Shown: positions 8,365 to 18,207, counted from the first letter of the stretch. The stretch: DNA of 64,000 nucleotides from an uncultured delta proteobacterium (GCA_963804165.1 CAWDPO010000036.1:58682-122681), one strand, 5' to 3'. Program-made: numbers and translations. The notes: a model not told the origin generated them from the letters alone.

Positions 8365-10659
8365 ATGGAACGCGGCCTGAGCTGGAAAGAAAAACTTGGC
8401 GCCAAGATTCCCGTCGAATTGGGACGCGAGATCGACATCTTCGAGCAGCACATGGAACTGCGCAAGCAAGGCAAGATGGACGAAAAGGTCTTCGCCGAGA
8501 CCCGGCTGCGCCGGGGAATTTACGGCCAGCGCTACGACAACGGTCAAAGACACGACGGCAAGCGCATTCAAAAGTTGAAACTGCCGGCCGAGGTGATCAA
8601 AGGTCCGGAAACGCTTTGGGATGCGCCGGGCATGATGCGGATTAAAATTCCTTTCGGCGGCGTCACGCCCGAGCAGTTGGAAACTCTGGCGAATCTCTCG
8701 GAGGAATACGCCGACGGCGTTACCCACGTGACGACGCGGCAAGACTTTCAGCTTCACTACGTGCATATCGATGACACGCCGGCGCTGATGCGCCGGCTCG
8801 CCGCAGTCGGCATCACCAGCCGCGAAGCTTGCGGCAACGTAGTGCGCAACGTGACGGCTTGTCCGCTGGCGGGGATCTGCCACGAGGAAACCTTCGATAC
8901 GACGCCTTACGCCAAAGCGTGTTCGAAATTCTTAATGGGTCATCCCGATACGCAAGACTTCGGACGCAAGGTAAAGGTTGCCTTCTCCGGCTGCGAGCAA
9001 AATCCCTGCGGCCTGGTGACCATGCACGACATGGGCGCCATCGCTAAGACCAAAGTCGTCGATGGCAAGGTGCAGCGCGGTTTTGCTTTCTACGTCGGCG
9101 GCGGTTTGGGCTCGGTGCCGTACAAAGCGAAGCTGTTCGACGCATTTCTTCCGGAAGAAGAGCTCTTGCCGACGATGCAGGCGATCTCGCGCGTTTTCGC
9201 GCGCCTCGGCGAGAAGCGCAACCGCGCCCGGGCACGGATTAAATTCTTGATCGCCAACCTCGGCATCGACGAGTTTCGCAAGCTGGTGTTGGAAGAGCGG
9301 CAAAAACTTTCGCCTGATTCGCGCTGGACTGATTTTTTAAGTTCCGTCAACGAGCAAAGCGAGCAGCCGCTCAAAGCCGGCGTCAATCTCAACGGCCATC
9401 AGCGGCCCGAGGGATTCGAAGGTTGGTACGCGACTAACGTTTACAAGCAAAGACAGGCCGGCTATGTCGCGGCGACGGTGACGCTGCCGCTCGGGGATGC
9501 TAGCGCCGATCAGTTACGCGCGCTCGCCGATATCGCGCGGCGCTTCGTCAAAGACACGCTGCGTACCACGGTGGAACAAAACATTCTCTTCCGCTGGGTC
9601 AGTGAAGCGGATCTGCCGGAATTTTATCAAGCAATTAATTCGATTGGTCTAGGTGCAGCTGACGCCGCGACCATCGTCGACGTGACGGCCTGTCCCGGCA
9701 CCGACACCTGCAAATTGGGCATTGCCTCGTCGCGCGGTCTGGCGCGCGAGCTGCGCTATCGTCTGGGAGAGAAGAGTTTGGAGCTGGACGAGGCGGTCAA
9801 GAACCTCCGCATCAAAGTCAGCGGCTGCTTCAACTCCTGCGGCCAGCATCACATCGCCGATATCGGTTTCTACGGCATCAACCGCAACGTGAAGGGATTT
9901 CAGGTGCCGCATTTTCAAGTGGTTCTTGGCGGCAAGTTCCACGACAACGCCGGCGAATACGGCGTCGCGATCGGCGCGGTGCCGTCCAAGCGGGTTCCTG
10001 AGGCGGTTTCGACCATCACGGAATATTACGTGCAGAAACGTCTCAAGGACGAGCGTTTTCAAGATTTCGTGACGCGCATCGGCAAAAAGCAAGTCAAGGA
10101 TTTGCTGGAAGATTTAACCAAGATTCCCGCGCACGAGACGGATCGTTCCTACTACAGCGATTGGGGCGATCCGCGCGAATTTACCCTGTCAGACATGGGA
10201 ATCGGCGAATGCGCCGGCGAAGTGGTCAGTCAAGCAGAGTTTACTCTGGCTGCCAGCGAACGCGAGCTGTTTGAGGCGCAACTGCTCTTGGACTCGGGCT
10301 ATACGCAGCCAGCGGCCAAGCTGGCATACGCTTCGATGGTGCGCGCGGCCCAAGGGTTGGTGAAGGACCAAAACCCGAGCATCTCCGAGGATGAAAATCA
10401 GATCGTCGGCGAATTCACCACGCGCTTCTACGACACGCAGCTTTTCTGGGACAAGTACGCCGGCGGAAAGTTCGCCGAGTATTTATTCAAAGCCAAGGAG
10501 TTTATCGCTTCGGGCAAAACGGCGGACGGCGACCGCGCAGTGCAATTACTGCAGGAAGCGCAGCTGTTTATCGACGCAGCGCATGATTGCCATAACAAGA
10601 CGCGCGGAGCGCTGACGAACGCGGTATCGATTGCGCCGGCTGCGCAACCGAGCGCGTAG
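8365..10659 (+). CDS. sir: Siroheme nitrite/sulfite reductase (probably sulfite), with a C-terminal extra domain
   Basis: RLRRGIYGQR, TTRQDFQ, ACPGTDTC and SGCFNSCGQH siroheme/4Fe-4S ligands; in an operon with cysH and siroheme genes. Confidence 0.88.
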   Translation: MERGLSWKEKLGAKIPVELGREIDIFEQHMELRKQGKMDEKVFAETRLRRGIYGQRYDNGQRHDGKRIQKLKLPAEVIKGPETLWDAPGMMRIKIPFGGVTPEQLETLANLSEEYADGVTHVTTRQDFQLHYVHIDDTPALMRRLAAVGITSREACGNVVRNVTACPLAGICHEETFDTTPYAKACSKFLMGHPDTQDFGRKVKVAFSGCEQNPCGLVTMHDMGAIAKTKVVDGKVQRGFAFYVGGGLGSVPYKAKLFDAFLPEEELLPTMQAISRVFARLGEKRNRARARIKFLIANLGIDEFRKLVLEERQKLSPDSRWTDFLSSVNEQSEQPLKAGVNLNGHQRPEGFEGWYATNVYKQRQAGYVAATVTLPLGDASADQLRALADIARRFVKDTLRTTVEQNILFRWVSEADLPEFYQAINSIGLGAADAATIVDVTACPGTDTCKLGIASSRGLARELRYRLGEKSLELDEAVKNLRIKVSGCFNSCGQHHIADIGFYGINRNVKGFQVPHFQVVLGGKFHDNAGEYGVAIGAVPSKRVPEAVSTITEYYVQKRLKDERFQDFVTRIGKKQVKDLLEDLTKIPAHETDRSYYSDWGDPREFTLSDMGIGECAGEVVSQAEFTLAASERELFEAQLLLDSGYTQPAAKLAYASMVRAAQGLVKDQNPSISEDENQIVGEFTTRFYDTQLFWDKYAGGKFAEYLFKAKEFIASGKTADGDRAVQLLQEAQLFIDAAHDCHNKTRGALTNAVSIAPAAQPSA

Positions 10660-10673
10660 CCAGGAGAGCAAAA

Positions 10674-11249
10674 ATGGAATTACAGAAGCTCACCGTGAAG
10701 TTATTTGTCGAACCGCCCAACGCGGTGCCGCTCAGTGATTTTATCGAAATCTTTCACGGCTGGATTCAGGCCACGGACGGGATCTATCACGACGTTGCAG
10801 ACTACAGTCATATGCAGTCAGGCCCGGGCATCATTCTGGTCGCCAACGACGCCAATCTGCACATCGATGAGACCGGCGGAAGGCGCGGTTTGCTCTACAG
10901 CCGGAAAGCACCGCTATCCGGCACCAATCAAGAAAAACTGCGGACGGTTTTCCGGCTGGCCCTGGAGAACTGCCGCAAGCTCGAGGACGAGTCCGCGCTT
11001 CGCGGCAAATTGCGCTTCGCGGCAAACGAAGCGACGATCTCTCTCAACGATCGGCTGATTGCTTCCAACACTGTGGAGTCATTCGAAGAGCTCAAGAGCG
11101 ACGTCGAACCCTTTGCAAAGCAGCTCTTTGACGGCTCCAAGATCAGTTTTGGACGTGACGCGGATCCCCGGCAGCGGGTGAACGTGCATTTGAAAACATC
11201 CGCCGTCATCGATCTACGCAAAACGTTAGACCGTTTACAATGCAACTAG
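10674..11249 (+). CDS. Hypothetical protein within the sulfur operon
   Basis: 191-aa ORF with SD GGAGAG, tightly packed between sir and cysH. Confidence 0.75.
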   Translation: MELQKLTVKLFVEPPNAVPLSDFIEIFHGWIQATDGIYHDVADYSHMQSGPGIILVANDANLHIDETGGRRGLLYSRKAPLSGTNQEKLRTVFRLALENCRKLEDESALRGKLRFAANEATISLNDRLIASNTVESFEELKSDVEPFAKQLFDGSKISFGRDADPRQRVNVHLKTSAVIDLRKTLDRLQCN

Positions 11250-11258
11250 GAGGCAGGA

Positions 11259-11996
11259 ATGGACATGACATCGCTGAATACACTGGAAAGCGAAAGCCCT
11301 GAGCTGATCCCGGATTTCGATCGAGCCTCTCCCGAGATCGTGCTGGAATGGGCGCTCGACAAATTCTCGCCAGACGTGGCTCTCGCCTGCTCGTTTCAAG
11401 CCGAAGAATCGGTGCTGATTGACATGATGAGCCGAATCTGCGGCACGGATTTTCGTATTTTCACTTTGGATACCGGGCGGCTCAATCAAGAAACCTACGA
11501 TTGCATGGATGCGATCCGCGAGCGCTACGGGGTCAGCGTCGAAGTTTATTTTCCCGACGCGTTGAAGGTTCAGGACATGGTGCGCAGCCGTGGTCTGAAT
11601 CTGTTTTACAACTCGATCGAAGAGCGCAAGCTTTGCTGCGCGGTGCGCAAGGTCGAGCCGCTCAACCGGGCGTTGCAGGGTCTCGCAGCCTGGATGACCG
11701 GCCTCCGGCGCGAGCAGGCGATGACTCGGGCTGAGGTGCGCAAAGTCGAACTGGACGCGGATCACGGCCACATCGTGAAGATCAACCCCCTGGTGGATTG
11801 GAGCCACGACGACGTGTGGAATTACATCCATACGCGCAACGTGCCATTCAACCGGCTGCACAGGAAGGGATACCCGAGTATCGGGTGCGCGCCCTGCACG
11901 CGCGCGGTACAACCCGGCGAAGACAGCCGCGCCGGTCGGTGGTGGTGGGAAAATCCAGAGACCAAGGAGTGCGGGCTGCACGTACGGAGCGCATAA
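11259..11996 (+). CDS. cysH: APS/PAPS reductase, Fe-S type
   Basis: LDTGRL, LCCAVRKVEPL, SIGCAPCT, RAGRW, KECGLH; the CC and CxxC motifs indicate the [4Fe-4S] APS-reductase type. Confidence 0.93.
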   Translation: MDMTSLNTLESESPELIPDFDRASPEIVLEWALDKFSPDVALACSFQAEESVLIDMMSRICGTDFRIFTLDTGRLNQETYDCMDAIRERYGVSVEVYFPDALKVQDMVRSRGLNLFYNSIEERKLCCAVRKVEPLNRALQGLAAWMTGLRREQAMTRAEVRKVELDADHGHIVKINPLVDWSHDDVWNYIHTRNVPFNRLHRKGYPSIGCAPCTRAVQPGEDSRAGRWWWENPETKECGLHVRSA

Positions 11997-12027
11997 CCAT
12001 GAGCCGTTTTCGAGAGGTTAAATTGTC

Positions 12028-12555
12028 ATGACATCCATGACGCGGAGCGACGGTCCATCGCTGACGAGCAAACTTCTGGGGCTGGCGACACTGTGGCCGG
12101 GCAAGCCGGACAACAGCACGGGAGAGCGAACGTCGGAGCAAGAACCTGTCGAAGGCTCGACGATCCGCCTCATGACATCGCCGCGTCGCGATGCTACGGG
12201 TGAAGGGGAACTATTCGTCGCCGGCTTGTTGAGCGCGAAGAACGATAGCTCTTACGAGGAAGTCATAAAAGCGCTGGCGGATTTCATTTACTGCAAGGAG
12301 CTGAACAAGGGAGCGTGGCTTTTGGACATCGGCCTTTTCGGCAGATCACTATTTGTTTCCGAGGCACGCCGCGCGTTAGAGTTTGGAAAGGGAATACTCT
12401 GGGAAATCGATCCCGCAAGAAAGGATTCCGATGAGTTACTTTCCGATCTATCTCGACATGACGAGACGCCGCTGCCTGGTGATCGGTGGCGGAGCGGTGG
12501 CGGAACGCAAAATCGCGGCGCTGCTGGAGGCAGGGGCGGAGGTTACAATACTTAG
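12028..12555 (+). CDS. Hypothetical protein; 3' end overlaps the next gene
   Basis: ORF with SD GAGG fills the gap in the operon; the last ~40 aa overlap cysG and look low-complexity. Confidence 0.45.
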   Translation: MTSMTRSDGPSLTSKLLGLATLWPGKPDNSTGERTSEQEPVEGSTIRLMTSPRRDATGEGELFVAGLLSAKNDSSYEEVIKALADFIYCKELNKGAWLLDIGLFGRSLFVSEARRALEFGKGILWEIDPARKDSDELLSDLSRHDETPLPGDRWRSGGGTQNRGAAGGRGGGYNT

Positions 12556-13057
12556 TCCGGATGTGACTGACGCCCTCGCCGGTCTGTCGAAGCAGAACGC
12601 GATCCGGTTTGCGGCACGGTCTTATCAGGAAGGTGATTTGGACGGATTTGAGTTGGCCTTTGTCGCCACCGACGACCCGCAAGTGAATGCCGCGGTTTAT
12701 CGTGAGGGCAGGAGCCGTGGCGTGTGGATCAACTCGGCTGACGATCCGGCGCGCTGTGATTTCATCCTGCCATCGGTGCTGCGGCGGGGCGAATTGACGG
12801 TGGCTGTGTCGACGGGCGGCCGTAGCCCAGCGCTGGCGCGAGCGGTGCGCGAGGAGCTCGAGCACTATTTCACCGAGGAATACGAATCGTTGGCGAAACT
12901 TGCGGCGGAGGTTAGACAGGAGTTGTTGAGCCGGTCGATTACCGTTCCATTTGAAGCATGGCGTAGAGCCTTAAGCGGCGAAGTGCGCCAGTTGCTCATG
13001 CGCGGTGACTTGGCGCAGGCGAAAAGTCATTTGCTGAATGAATTGGGGGTAGCGTAA
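12431..13057 (+). CDS. cysG: Precorrin-2 dehydrogenase/sirohydrochlorin ferrochelatase (CysG N-terminal/Met8-like)
   Basis: MSYFPIYLD, VIGGGAVAERK, DDPARCDFILP, STGGRSPALA. Confidence 0.9.
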   Translation: MSYFPIYLDMTRRRCLVIGGGAVAERKIAALLEAGAEVTILSPDVTDALAGLSKQNAIRFAARSYQEGDLDGFELAFVATDDPQVNAAVYREGRSRGVWINSADDPARCDFILPSVLRRGELTVAVSTGGRSPALARAVREELEHYFTEEYESLAKLAAEVRQELLSRSITVPFEAWRRALSGEVRQLLMRGDLAQAKSHLLNELGVA

Positions 13058-13866
13058 TGACACTCGGTAAAGTTTATCTCGTCGGCGCCGGGCCGGGCGA
13101 CCCCGGGCTCTTGACCGTGCGCGGGCTGGAACTGCTACGCGCGGCGCAGGTGGTTGTTTACGATCAGTTGGTAAGCTCCGCCATCTTGGCCGAAGCATCC
13201 GCGGCGGCGATTAGAATCTACGTCGGTAAACAGGCTGGAAAACATTGCATCGCTCAAGAGGAAATCAACGGTGTTCTCGTCGACTACGCTCGCATGGGTT
13301 GTGACGTGGTCCGGCTCAAGGGCGGCGATCCATTCGTGTTCGGACGCGGCGGCGAAGAGGCCGCGGAATTGGCCGGCGCCGGTATCCCATTCGAAATCGT
13401 CCCGGGCGTGAGCTCGGCGATCGCGGTGCCGGCTTACGCCGGAATCTCGCTGACCCATCGCAATTACGCTTCGTCGTTCGCGGTGGTCACCGGCCATCCG
13501 GCGCGCAATGCGAAAGCGTCGGTCGATTGGGCCAAGTTGGCAAGCTCAGTGGACACTCTGGTCGTATTGATGGGGGTAAAAAATTTGCCGCAGATCGTCG
13601 CTGATATGCTTCGTGGCGGAGTGTCGCCGCAGATGCCGGTCGCGGTGATTCGTTGGGGCACGACCGACGCACAAGAAAGCGTTATTGGCACGCTCGATAA
13701 TATTTCCGAACGAGCGGCGCGCCTCGAATCGCCGGCGGTGATCGTGGTGGGTAAGGTCGTCGAATTGAGCAAGCAGCTGCAGTGGTTTGTTCCGGGAGAT
13801 GCGGCGAGCGACAGTTTGTTGCCGTTATCGCGAGAAGATTTTCATGACTGGGTGTTGCCGACGTAA
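13057..13866 (+). CDS. cobA: Uroporphyrinogen-III C-methyltransferase
   Basis: LVGAGPGDPGLLT, VRLKGGDPFVFGRGGEE, VPGVSS. Confidence 0.93.
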   Translation: MTLGKVYLVGAGPGDPGLLTVRGLELLRAAQVVVYDQLVSSAILAEASAAAIRIYVGKQAGKHCIAQEEINGVLVDYARMGCDVVRLKGGDPFVFGRGGEEAAELAGAGIPFEIVPGVSSAIAVPAYAGISLTHRNYASSFAVVTGHPARNAKASVDWAKLASSVDTLVVLMGVKNLPQIVADMLRGGVSPQMPVAVIRWGTTDAQESVIGTLDNISERAARLESPAVIVVGKVVELSKQLQWFVPGDAASDSLLPLSREDFHDWVLPT

Positions 13867-13872
13867 CCGTCC

Positions 13873-14137
13873 CATCTGCGCCGCAATCACCTCCTCAAGC
13901 AGTCGACCAAAACCTTCAAAGCATCGCTAAGTCAATTCGACCATCGCGTCGATGTCAACACTCTGGAGCGCGTCGACGGCGTCACAGAGCTGCACATCAA
14001 CGACATCGCCAGAGTCGGTTCCAAGTTGCAGCGGCCTTTAATCGTTGATAATTATTGTCGTAATCACGCCACGGGCGGGTTTATTCTTATCCGACGAAGC
14101 AACCAACGATAGGGTCGCCACCGGCATGATTCAATAA
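13873..14137 (+). pseudogene. cysN: Remnant of sulfate adenylyltransferase subunit 1 (C-terminal domain only)
   Basis: Manual translation HLLKQSTKTFKA...HRVDVNTLE...LHINDIARV...PLIVDNYCRNHATGGFILI/DEATNDRVATGMIQ* matches CysN domain III; no start codon, one frameshift. Confidence 0.75.
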
Positions 14138-14152
14138 CGGCAGTTGAATGCC

Positions 14153-15004
14153 ATGGACGCGAATCCGCGCGCTAACTTGCGAGGCCTGCGAGTGGTCTCC
14201 TTCGAGAGTCGCCGCGCCACAGAGATGGCCGAGCTCATCCGTCGTTACGGCGGCGAGCCGATCGTCGCGCCTTCCATGCGGGAAATCCCGATCGGCGAAA
14301 ATCACGCGGCGCTCGAACTCTTGCCGCAACTTGAAGCCGGCAATTTCGACCTGCTTATCCTTATGACTGGCGTGGGCACGAGGACGCTCAACCAGGCGCT
14401 GCTCACCCAGTATCCTCAGGAGAGAATTGTTTCGGCACTACGTAAAACGCGGTTGGTCACGCGCGGCCCCAAACCGATTGCGGCGCTCAAGGAATTGGGA
14501 TTGGCTGCGGATGTGACGGTGCCCGAGCCGAACACATGGCGCGAGGTGCTCGCCACTTTCGATACCGCGGTCGACCTTCGCGGCAAGCGCGTTGCGGTGC
14601 AGGAATACGGCATTCCCAATCCGGAGCTTGTTTCTGGATTGGAACAACGCGGGGCTACCGTCAAAACGATTCCGATTTATAAGTGGGCTTTGCCCGTTGA
14701 TATCGAGCCGCTTCGGGCGGCGATTCAACGGATCTTAAACGGCGAGGCGGATGTCGCGCTGTTTACCAACGGTGCCCAAGTTGACCATTTGTTCCGCGTT
14801 GCAGCGGAAGACAATGCCGACGAAAAACTGCGCCATGCATTGGCAAACGTCGTGATCGCTTCGGTAGGCCCGGTGTGCACCCAAGCGCTCGAACAATACG
14901 GCGTTAAGCCCGATATCGAACCGCCGCATCCGAAAATGGGATCGCTGATTTCCGCAGTTGCCGCGTCGGCGCAGCAAGTGCTGACGGCGAAGAGCTCGCT
15001 GTAG
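14153..15004 (+). CDS. hemD: Uroporphyrinogen-III synthase
   Basis: SFESRRATEM, MTGVG, RGPKP, VAVQEYG, SVGPVCT, PHPKMG. Confidence 0.85.
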   Translation: MDANPRANLRGLRVVSFESRRATEMAELIRRYGGEPIVAPSMREIPIGENHAALELLPQLEAGNFDLLILMTGVGTRTLNQALLTQYPQERIVSALRKTRLVTRGPKPIAALKELGLAADVTVPEPNTWREVLATFDTAVDLRGKRVAVQEYGIPNPELVSGLEQRGATVKTIPIYKWALPVDIEPLRAAIQRILNGEADVALFTNGAQVDHLFRVAAEDNADEKLRHALANVVIASVGPVCTQALEQYGVKPDIEPPHPKMGSLISAVAASAQQVLTAKSSL

Positions 15005-15051
15005 TGTATTGAGCTTTTTTTTCGGTCATCCGAAATATTTTTTCTAGACTT

Positions 15052-15290
15052 TACCCCTTGCCCGCTTGCGGGAGAGACCCTTATCCTCACCTTCCCCAAA
15101 GAGGCTGTGTCGCAATGTCATCCTGAGGCCCTTCGATGTTCTCAGGATAAACTCCGCCGAAGGATCTCGTCTTTGTATGGGGGAGGACAATGCAAGATTC
15201 GTCGCGGAGTTTACCCTGAGCCTTGCCGAAGGGCTCAGAATGACATCGAAGCGACTTTCGCGATTGCGACACAGTGTCAGAGGGAGAAGG
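15052..15290. repeat. Nested palindromic MITE/REP-like composite
   Basis: IR GAGGCTGTGTCGCAAT / ATTGCGACACAGTGTC (15101-15278) encloses IR TGTCATCCTGAG / CTCAGAATGACA, all inside a CCTTCCCC / GGGAGAAGG hairpin. Confidence 0.75.
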
Positions 15291-15362
15291 AATCAGGTTC
15301 CACGTCACCCGTTTTTTAGCCTCGCCACCTTCATTCACGCGCGATAAATCAGCTTGACTGCT

Positions 15363-15393
15363 AAATTGATTGGCAATATGTCTCAGTCAATTT
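15363..15393. promoter_or_regulatory. Palindromic operator candidate upstream of the SBP-TPP-M24 cluster
   Basis: AAATTGATTG-N11-CAGTCAATTT (9/10 inverted match), next to TTGACT at 15354. Confidence 0.5.
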
Positions 15394-15410
15394 ATCTGAG
15401 ACATGAGCGC

Positions 15411-16412
15411 ATGAGACGTCACTGCAGTCAAATCATCGCCGCAATTTTTGTCGCGGCAGCAGCGTTGCTGCCGGTTCAACTCCAGGCCGGACAACTGCGA
15501 AAAGTGCGCCTCGCCTTCAGCGCGCTTGCTTACGCCAACCCACCGTTCTGGATCGCCCATGAATTAAAACTGTTCGAGAAGTATGGCTATGATACGGAGT
15601 TGGTGTACGTGAGCGGTTCTCGGCCGATTCAAGCGATGCTTGGCGGTTCTGTCGATGTGTCCCAAGTCGGCGGTGCCGCGGCCGTCGCGGCGGCGGCGCA
15701 GGGCGCCGAGATTTCCATACTGGGGACGGTATTCAGCAGATTGACCTTTGCGATTCACGCCGGCCCGCAAATCAAACAGATCGGTGATCTCAAAGGTAAG
15801 GTGATCGGTGCGGGCTCGGTCGGAGGAAACAGTTATTTTGCCGGCTTGGTCTTCATCCAAAAGGCGGGTTGGGTGGCAAACAAGGACGTGTCGATGGTCA
15901 CGGCCGGCGGTTCACCGGAGGTTCTCGCTGGGTTGACCCAGGGGAAATTTCAAGCGGGTGTGCTCACGGCGCCTACTTCGACCATGGCGGCCAAGCTCGG
16001 CTATCGCGAGATTTTCGATCTCGCCAGTCTCGATTTTCCGTTCCCGGTTATTTCCGTCGTCAGTACACGCCGGTATATCGATGCCAATCCGGAGGTCATC
16101 GCCAACATTTTACGGGCGACAGTTGAGGCGATCTATTTGTACAAGAACCGCCCTGAGTTGACGATTCCGATCGTGGCGAAATATATGCGCGTTCCAAAGG
16201 ACGATCCCGCGCTCGTGCAATCCCAGCAAAACCTCGGGCAGCTGATGAACCAGAATTTGGCGCCGTCGCTCGAGGGCATCAAATTTGTTATGGACTTCCT
16301 CGCGGAAAGACAGCCGGGGCTCAAAGGAAAGAATCCGGCGGATTTCGTCGATTTCCGTTTCTTACGCAAGCTCGAGGAAGAAGGCTTTTTCAAAAAATTC
16401 TCCACTAAGTAG
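15411..16412 (+). CDS. NitT/TauT ABC substrate-binding protein
   Basis: Signal peptide, PFWIAHELKLFEKYG, LKGKVIGAGSVGG, LEEEGFFKK. Confidence 0.88.
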   Translation: MRRHCSQIIAAIFVAAAALLPVQLQAGQLRKVRLAFSALAYANPPFWIAHELKLFEKYGYDTELVYVSGSRPIQAMLGGSVDVSQVGGAAAVAAAAQGAEISILGTVFSRLTFAIHAGPQIKQIGDLKGKVIGAGSVGGNSYFAGLVFIQKAGWVANKDVSMVTAGGSPEVLAGLTQGKFQAGVLTAPTSTMAAKLGYREIFDLASLDFPFPVISVVSTRRYIDANPEVIANILRATVEAIYLYKNRPELTIPIVAKYMRVPKDDPALVQSQQNLGQLMNQNLAPSLEGIKFVMDFLAERQPGLKGKNPADFVDFRFLRKLEEEGFFKKFSTK

Positions 16413-16422
16413 GACAACTTTT

Positions 16423-18093
16423 ATGCGAGCTGCAGACGCGATTGTCGATATTCTGAAAACCGAGGATGTGAAGTTCGTTTCTACCTTGCCGGGCGACGAT
16501 ATCCTGCCGATCTTCGATGCGCTTCATGAAAACGGTCAGGTGCCGCTGATCCTGACGCGCCACGAGCAAGCGACGGTCTATATCGCCGACGGCTACGCGC
16601 GCAGCACCGGCGAGGTCGGTGTGGCGATGGTGACCAAAGGACCGGGACGATGCAATGCGTTTACCGCCATCGTGAATGCGTTTACCGACTGCGTGCCGTT
16701 GGTGGTCATTTTCGGTCATAGCTCGCGCAAGCAGCTGGCGAAGGGGATGCTGCAGGAAGTTCCGTATCTGGACACGTTTCAGACCATGGCGAAGTGGACG
16801 TTTAGTGTGCCAAGCGCGGAGCGAATCCCTGAAGTATTTCGCCGCGCGTTTACGCTCGCCAGATCGGGACGTCCCGGCCCGGTGCTCATCGAAGTGCCGC
16901 AGGATATCAGCATGGCGCAGGCGGAGATCCCGCCGTATCACAAGACGCGGCGCGTGCGTTACGGTCCCGATCCCGACGACGTCAATAAGCTGATCGAATT
17001 GATGCAGCAGGCGAAGCGGCCGTTGATCTACGTCGGACGCGGGGCGCTTTGGTCGCGGGCGACCGACGACCTCGTGAAATTGGCGGAAACCTACGCGCTC
17101 CCCGTGATGGCGACGCTGCCCGCGAAAGGCGCGATGCCGGAAGATCATCCGTTGTGCCTCGGTCTCGGTGGTTATCCGCGCGCGGTCTACAGCACAGGTC
17201 AGTCGCGTAAATTCGCCGAGGAGGCTGATCTCGTCATCGCGCTGGGCTGCGCCTTTCGCCAGCACGCGACTTCCAGCTGGTTGCCCAAGCCCGCGCATGC
17301 GAAATTGGTCCAAGTCGACATCGATCCCGCCGAGCTGCACAAAAACTATCCGGCGGATCTTGTGATTCTTTCCGACATTCAGCTTTTTTTGCGGGCGTTG
17401 CTCCAGCAGGGGAAAGAAAAGCTTGGCGCCTTTCGTCGGGGCATGGCTTCAGACGTCTCGGACGAGATCAAAGAACTGAAGCGAAAATGGCTGGAGTCGT
17501 GGAATTCGCGACTCACGTCCGACGAGGCGCCGATGAATCCCTACCGCGCCTGTTGGGATATCACGCATCAGCTCGATAGTAGGAATACGATCCTGCTACA
17601 CGATGCCGGCGTAACTCGCGCTTATGTGTCGCATCATTACGAGGCGTTGAACCCGCTCGGCTTCATCGGCTTCGGTGGCACCAGCGCCATGGGTTGGTCG
17701 ACGCCGGCGGCGATGGGAGCGAAACTTGGGAATCCCGACAAGACAGTGGTGAATTTCACCGGCGACGGCTCCTTCGGCATGACCGGCATGGAGATCGAAA
17801 CCGCCGCGCGCAACGACATTCGCACGCTCACGGTAATTTTAAACAACGAAAGCCTCGGCGCCAGCCGCGAAACGCTGCACGAGCGCTTCAAAGGACACGA
17901 GATCGGCATCTCGCTGCGGGGGGATTACGCCGGAGTCGCGCGGGCGCTCGGCGCTTTCGGCGAGCGTGTCTCGAGACCGGCGGATTTGAAACCGGCGTTA
18001 GCTCGCGCCTTAGCGCACGAGGGGCCGTCAGTGTTGGAGATCGCCGTGAAGCCGCTGGAGCCGAGGCCGTGGAGGTCGGCGAGCGGAGTGTAG
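16423..18093 (+). CDS. Thiamine-pyrophosphate-dependent enzyme (acetolactate synthase-like family)
   Basis: RHEQ, DGYAR, GPG, GRPGPVLIEVP, GDGSFGM...LNN TPP motif. Confidence 0.9.
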   Translation: MRAADAIVDILKTEDVKFVSTLPGDDILPIFDALHENGQVPLILTRHEQATVYIADGYARSTGEVGVAMVTKGPGRCNAFTAIVNAFTDCVPLVVIFGHSSRKQLAKGMLQEVPYLDTFQTMAKWTFSVPSAERIPEVFRRAFTLARSGRPGPVLIEVPQDISMAQAEIPPYHKTRRVRYGPDPDDVNKLIELMQQAKRPLIYVGRGALWSRATDDLVKLAETYALPVMATLPAKGAMPEDHPLCLGLGGYPRAVYSTGQSRKFAEEADLVIALGCAFRQHATSSWLPKPAHAKLVQVDIDPAELHKNYPADLVILSDIQLFLRALLQQGKEKLGAFRRGMASDVSDEIKELKRKWLESWNSRLTSDEAPMNPYRACWDITHQLDSRNTILLHDAGVTRAYVSHHYEALNPLGFIGFGGTSAMGWSTPAAMGAKLGNPDKTVVNFTGDGSFGMTGMEIETAARNDIRTLTVILNNESLGASRETLHERFKGHEIGISLRGDYAGVARALGAFGERVSRPADLKPALARALAHEGPSVLEIAVKPLEPRPWRSASGV

Positions 18094-18097
18094 AAGA

Positions 18098-18178
18098 TTG
18101 GAGTAATGGAGTGATGGAATAATGGAATGATGGGTCTTAGGCCCAATACTCCAACACTCCAGTACTCCATCACTCCAA
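18098..18178. repeat. Octamer tandem-unit palindrome (TGGAGTRA)n...(YACTCCA)n
   Basis: About 4 TGGAGTAA-like units followed by about 4 inverted units; a related copy lies at 48929-49001. Confidence 0.85.
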
Positions 18179-18207
18179 CTCAAAATTTTAGCGGGAGGTT
18201 TGTTGCC

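Noticed and set aside
18098-18178. Possible CRISPR or mini-array (also 31706-31778 and 48929-49001)
   Set aside because: Units are 8-9 nt, have no unique spacers, form inverted arms, and no cas genes are present
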